From Phyllobates terribilis (Eukaryota), in contig NW_027362767.1 in the NCBI RefSeq assembly GCF_046119375.1, positions 416,268,001 through 416,332,000 on the forward strand: a DNA stretch of 64,000 nt. The letters run 5' to 3'. The stretch's first letter is position 1. Each line of letters begins with the position of its first letter. Shown here piece after piece: positions 49,440-64,000 of this stretch. The notes below the pieces were generated by a model. It had not been told where the DNA came from. It saw only the letters and a list, made by a program, of their open reading frames with translations, and searched no databases. The position numbers and the translations under genes were made by a program.

Positions 49440-51320
49440 AAGTTAGACTCGGATAGTGGAGGGCGCCCCCTGTGTGTGGTGACTGCACTAATAATGGGGG
49501 TACAGTAAAGTGAGAGGATAGTGGAGGGCGCCCCCCCCTGTGTGTGGTGACTGCACTAATAATGGGGGAACAGTAAGGTGAGAGGATAGTGGAGGGCGCC
49601 CCCTGTCTGCACTAATAATGGGGGAATAGTAAGGTGAGAGGATAGTGGAGGGCGCCCCCTGTGTGTGGTGACTGCATTAATAATGGGGGAACAGTAAGGT
49701 GAGAGGATAGTGGAGGGCGCCCCCTGTCTGCACTAATAATGGGGGAATAGTAAGGTGAGAGGATAGTGGAGGGCGCCCCCTGTGTGTGGTGACTGCATTA
49801 ATAATGGGGGAACAGTAAGGTGAGAGGATAGTGGAGGGCGCCCCCTGTCTGCACTAATAATGGGGGAACAGTAAGGTGAGAGGATAGTGGAGGGCGCCCC
49901 CTGTGTGTGGTGACTGCACTAATAATGGGGGAACAGTAAGGTGAGAGGATAGTGGAGGGCGCCCCCTGTCTGCACTAATAATGGGGGAACAGTAAGGTGA
50001 GAGGATAGTGGAGGGCGCCCCCTGTCTGCACTAATAATGGGGGAACAGTAAGGTGAGAAGCCGATAGTGGAGGGCGCCCCCTGTCTGCATTAATAATGGG
50101 GGAACAGTAAGATGAGAGGTGGATAGTGGAGGGCGCCCCCTATGTTTGGGGACTGCACTAATAATGAAGGAACAGTAAGGTGAGGGCGGATAGTGGAGGG
50201 TGCCCCCTGTGTGTGGTGACTGCACTAATAATGGGGGAACAGTAAGGTGAGAGGATAGTGGAGGGCGCCCCCTGTCTGCACTAATAATGTGGGAACAGTA
50301 AGGTGAGAGGATAGTGGAGGGCGCCCCCTGTCTGCACTAATAATGGGGGAACACTAAGGTGAGAAGCGGATAGTGGAGGGTGCCCCCTGTGTGTGGTGAC
50401 TGCACTAATAATGGGGGAACAGTAAGGTGAGAGGATAGTGGAGGGCGCCCCCTGTCTGCACTAATAATGGGGGAACAGTAAGGTGAGAGGATAGTGGAGG
50501 GCGCCCCCTGTCTGCACTAATAATGGGGGAACAGTAAGGTGAGAAGCGGATAGTGGAGGGCGCCCCCTGTCTGCATTAATAATGGGGGAACAGTAAGATG
50601 AGAGGTGGATAGTGGAGGGCGCCCCCTATGTTTGGTGACTGCACTAATAATGAAGGAACAGTAAGGTGAGGGCGGATAGTGGAGGGCGCCCCCCGTGTGT
50701 GGTGACTGCACTAATAATGGAGGAACAGTAAGGTGAGGGCGGATAGCGGAGGGTGCCCCCTGTGTGTGGTGACTGCACTAATAATGGGGGAACAGTAAGG
50801 AGAGAGGATAGTGGAGGGCGCCCCCTGTGTGTGGTGACTGCACTAATAATGGGGGAACAGTAAGGAGAGAGGATAGTGGAGGGCGCCCCCTGTGTGTGGT
50901 GACTGCACTAATAATGGGGGAACAGTAAGATGAGAGGTGGATAGTGGAGGGTGCCCCCTGTGTGTGGTGACTGCACTAATAATGGGGGAACAGTAAGATG
51001 AGAGGTGGATAGTGGAGGGCGCCCCCTATGTTTGGTGACTGCACTAATAATGAAGGAACAGTAAGGTGAGGGCGGATAGCGGAGGGTGCCCCCTGTGTGT
51101 GGTGACTGCACTAATAATGGGGGAACAGTAAGGTGAGGGCGGATAGCGGAGGGTGCCCCTTGTGTGTGGTGACTGCACTAATAATGGGGGAACAGTAAGG
51201 TGAGAGGATAGTGGAGGGCGCCCCCTGTCTGCACTAATAATGGGGGAACAGTAAGGTGAGCGGTGGATAGTGGAGGGCGCCCCCTGTCTGTACTAATTAT
51301 GGGGGAACAGTAAGGTGAGA
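49440..51320. repeat. 56/65-bp minisatellite (~30 copies)
   Basis: Unit GGATAGTGGAGGGCGCCCCCTGT(GTGTGGTGA)CTGCACTAATAATGGGGGAACAGTAAGGTGAGA; short and long forms partly alternate. Confidence 0.95.
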
Positions 51321-52121
51321 GCCGCCACCTGCACAGGGCAGGAGAGGCCCAGACTCCATCCTGCTGGCAGTGCAGCCCTGCAGATGGGCCATTACTGGTG
51401 CCTACACCCATCTGGGCCTCCTGTAACCACCTCTGTCTCTCTGATAACAATGAAAAGACAGGATAAGATCTTTATTTCTATGCAGGAATTTAGGGGCAGG
51501 TTGTGCCATTGTTCTTGATGCAGTGGTCCCCCCCCCCCCCCCCCCACCTCCTGGGAACTCATCATTGTTCCTTTGATGGTGGGATCTCAAAGACCCTCCT
51601 GGTTTGCTGTACCAGTTTGCATATGACATATCTACAGCTGGGGGTCCAGCTAGGAGGCTTTTCCTTCGCATTTCAAAAGGTAGAGGAGTCACCATTAAAA
51701 CAATAGCAAAAAAAAAATAAAAATATCCAATTATCCTGAGGCCGGTATAGAAGGTCTACTGGAAAAACAAGCCCGCAAGACCGCAGACGGGAGCTGGAGC
51801 CGCCATTACATACTTCATGCATAAAACAGACCACAATGGCACATACTGGAAATGTTTCCAGCTCATCAGCCATGTGCACGGGCTAGAATAGGGCCGTGTG
51901 CCCTCAGCGTTCAGTCAATGGCGCACACACGGACCGATCATACAAGCCCTGAGAGTTTAGGAATAAAAACTCTTAAGGCCGGGGTTACACGGCCTTCCAT
52001 CTCATGAGAGAGAATCAGGCAGATTATGCTAATGACACCCGATTCTCCGAGAGTCATCTAGCTGGGATCTGATTCTCAATCACAAGAGAATGGTTTCAAA
52101 AGTGCAGAGAAGACGGAGAAC

Positions 52122-52380
52122 TTAAAAAGGGGTATTCCCATCTCCAAGATCCTATCCCAATATGTAGCAGGTGTAATATTAATATTAGCAAATACCTCCA
52201 ATTAGAAATGTAGTATAGTTCTCCTGATTCGCTATGTTGCTTACCCCATGTGCAGGGCATTGAAGTAGCTTAGGTATCCAAAGTCACCGACTGTCACTAT
52301 ATGAATGGTCAGAACTATGGATACATAAGCTACCGAATACATATTGGGATAGGATCTTGGAGATGGGAATACACCTTTAA
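52122..52380. mobile_element. TTAA-flanked MITE (T2/Kolobok-like)
   Basis: TTAA...AGGGGTATTCCCATCTCCAAGATCCTATCCCAATATG on the left and CATATTGGGATAGGATCTTGGAGATGGGAATACACCTTTAA on the right: near-perfect inverted termini with TTAA. Confidence 0.85.
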
Positions 52381-52955
52381 TTTATGTCTTCTTCATTGTC
52401 TCTGTGCACGTAAATCGGGCTGCACTCGGATGACATCAGAGTGCAGTTTGATGTTTCACATGCACCCGTAGACTTGTATGACCAATAGCGAGTTCCCTAC
52501 CATTATGCTGCGGAGGGGGCGGCGTGAAAAATCGATAGTATAAACTTCTGTAATTATCCTATATTGGCGTCATACAAAACGGAATTTTAATGCCACCATG
52601 TGAATAAGGATTTAACCCTTTTCTGACATGTACATAACATGCGGGTGTAGAGCGCAGGCTCAGGAGCTGAGCCCACCCCATACAGAGTGGCGGTATCAGG
52701 GTATATGGATGCCTCGATCAGAGCGCCGCTGCAGCACAGATTACAGCGGAGCACAGGGGATCCGGCCAGTAAAGCAAACCACCATGTCAGCACATGGGAC
52801 CTTTCACATAGTCCAGTTTAGACAACTACCTATCTGTTTAAATAATATTTCCATCTGTCTGCAGTTGCCACTAGGGGGAGCTGCTGTACAGCCTCTCTCT
52901 GACCTCTATATAGAATATTGGAGACTCTAGTCGGCTGATGACATATAATGACCCA

Positions 52956-52961
52956 TTTATT
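52956..52961 (-). terminator. Probable ATAT1 polyadenylation signal (AATAAA on minus)
   Basis: TTTATT on plus, ~85 nt beyond the ATAT1 stop; another candidate lies near 51470. Confidence 0.5.
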
Positions 52962-53046
52962 AAAAAATAATAATAATTACCCTGCTATAAAACAAGTTTA
53001 TAATAAAAGTGTCAGTGCTGAGTGGCATCTGCGGCGGTGTCCTGCG

Positions 53047-61953
<8,907 letters not shown>

Positions 61954-62644
61954 CTGAGAGATAAAGCGACAGAGAAAGGAGGGAAAAGGAGGGAAGGAAG
62001 AAGAAGAGGATGGACAGAAGACGGCAGGAAATGAAAGTGGAGTGATATAAAATGCGTGAAGAGCAGAAAAATGAAGAGACAAATGACGTCAGCAGCCCAC
62101 AACAAGACGTCCTTCTCTAGAGGCTACAAGAAACCAGATCTATAAACATGGACAGGAACGGCAATGAACGCCTCATCGCTTCTTTACCTTTAAACGCTCA
62201 ATAGACTTTACACCAAAAATAACACATACTCCTGCTTGCTCTGGGGTTGCCATAGCAGCCTCAACAGGTGAACAACAGGTCATGTGACTTGCCCTCACAA
62301 GGACATAAAATGTACACGCTCATCCACTGCATTATCTCCATGGCAACCCCAGAGCAAGCACAATATCCATCTATAGATCGCTAGATAGGAGACGAGAAAA
62401 AGCGAAATTAAACGCAAATTAAATTAGAAGGAGCCGCTTGTTTCCAATGCAAGAGATCCCAGGCCGTTTTGTTTTGGGATATGTGGTCTTAATGGGTGAA
62501 GAAGAAAAAAACAAAACCATGATCAGACACATGACGGGCTACATTAGTCACTAGTCCTGGCAGCCATACACCAGTAGGAGGCATATGGGGACGAGTTATT
62601 CAGAGTTTTTACACTTTCGCATTGGGAGGAGATACATTTGATAG

Positions 62645-63609
62645 GCTGCTGATTTTGCAAGTTTTCCCATCTACATAGAATGGAGAGATCTGTAATTTTT
62701 ATCGTAGGTCACTTCACCTGTGAGAGACAGAATCTAAAAAGAAAAAAACAGAAAATCACATTGTATGATTTTTACATATTTCATGCAATAAAATGCAAAT
62801 TATTTGATACAATAGAAAAACAGAACTTAATATTTGGTCCAGAAACCTTTGTTTGCAATTACAGAGGTCAGACGTTTCCTGTAGTTCTTGACCAGGTTTG
62901 CACACACTGCAGCAGGGATTTTGGCCCCCTCCTCCATACAGATCTTCTCCAGATCTTTCAGGTTTCGGGGCTGTCTCTGGGCAACACTGAGTTTCAGCTC
63001 CCTCCAGGGATTTTCTATTGGGTTCAGGTCTGGAGACTGGCTAGGTCACTCCAGGACCTTGAAATGCTTCTTGTGGAGCCACTCCTTAGTTGCCCTGGCT
63101 GTGTGTTTCTGGACATTGTCATGCTGGAAAACCCAGCCACGACCCATCTTCAATGCTCTTACTGAGGGAAGGAGGTTGTTGGCCAAAATCTCACGATACA
63201 TGACCCCATCCATCCTGCCTTCAATACAGTGCAGTCGTCTTATCCCATTTGCAGAAAAGCACCCCCAAAGTATAACCTCCTCCCCCCATCATGCTTCATG
63301 GTTGGGACGATGATCTTGGGGTTGTACTCACCCTTCTTCCTCCAAACATGGCGAGTGCAGTTGATACCAAAAAGATCTATTTTGGTCTCATCTGACCACA
63401 TGACCTTCTCTGGATCATCCAGATGGTCATTAGCTAACTTCAAACGGGCCTGGACATGTGCTGTCGTGAGCAGGAGGACCTTGCGTGCCCTGCAGGATTT
63501 TAATCCATGACGGCATAGTGTGTTACTAACGGTAATGTTTGAGACTGGTCCCAGCTCTCTTCAGGTCATTGACCAAGTCCTCCTCTGTAGTTCTGGGCTG
63601 ATTCCTGAC
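62645..63609 (-). mobile_element. Tc1/mariner fragment (3' half), interrupted by an LTR
   Basis: Minus-strand VMWSDETKIDLFGIN...PTMKH; Tc1-type terminal sequence ~62650-62840; sequence switches abruptly at 63610. Confidence 0.85.
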
Positions 63610-64000
63610 TGTTATGCACACGCCCGGGCTAAGCGGCGTGTGCGTGTGATTGGTAGTGATTCCACTGGACCGTGCCGGAGAGTGAATGCCTGGAGGGGCG
63701 TGACTAAGTATTCACCCGATCCGACCAGGGTCGCACGACGGCATACGACGCCAGTGCACCAAGGAGGAACCGAGCAGAGGGACCAGGTGCTACTCCAGGA
63801 CAGACCCCGGACACGGCTGTTGACCCACACAGGGGAATACAGGAACAGGCTGGTAGGCTGGCACACAGACTGGTGGGTATAGGCAGGCACGACTGGTATG
63901 CAGGCAGGCGGGTATGCAGGCAGGGGGGTAAAGACAAGCACAGCTAGAGTGCAGACAGGGAGGCACTAGCAGGTAGGAACACAGGCGGGATAGGACCCAG
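63610..64000. mobile_element. Probable LTR start inserted in the Tc1 (runs off the window)
   Basis: Begins TGTTATG exactly where Tc1 similarity stops; GC-rich, non-coding; other end not visible. Confidence 0.55.

Noticed and set aside
49440-51320. CTCF motif in the 56/65-bp array (CAGGGGGCGC on minus)
   Set aside because: The 5' half lacks the near-invariant CC, so the match is poor.
51402-51695. 97-aa minus ORF ending RDRGGYRRPRWV, considered as a displaced PRR3 or novel gene
   Set aside because: No similarity to PRR3 that I can recognise, crosses a poly-G run and an AATAAA, and no flanking exons; more likely ATAT1 3' UTR or intergenic.

Overview
Vertebrate genomic DNA, most likely a frog (inferred from spliceosomal gene structure and the DIRS/Tc1/MITE/minisatellite content), matching the extended MHC class I region. 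Four genes were rebuilt exon by exon: GNL1 (minus, exons 1-10, 3' end outside the window), ABCF1 (plus, complete, 27 exons, 861 aa), a C6orf136 orthologue (minus, complete, 6 exons, 347 aa) and ATAT1 (minus, last 3 coding exons). GNL1 and ABCF1 are head-to-head with no PRR3 between them, and C6orf136/ATAT1 are inverted relative to the human order. The convergent ABCF1-C6orf136 gap holds a nested stack of mobile elements: a DIRS element carrying a solo LTR and a hAT-like MITE, with a second DIRS inside the MITE. There are also five Tc1/mariner copies, two more LTRs, a SINE, an L2 fragment, MITEs and eight tandem arrays. Most long ORFs in the supplied track are artefacts of stop-free minisatellites. 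The best leads are the palindromic empty target of the inner DIRS, convergent arrays of CTCF-like motifs, an LTR inserted inside a splice donor, a fold-back Tc1, and the short ABCF1 intron at the position that hosts the mammalian mirtron miR-877. I cannot claim a proven new system. All coordinates were read by eye; gene names rest on recalled protein similarity, not database searches.
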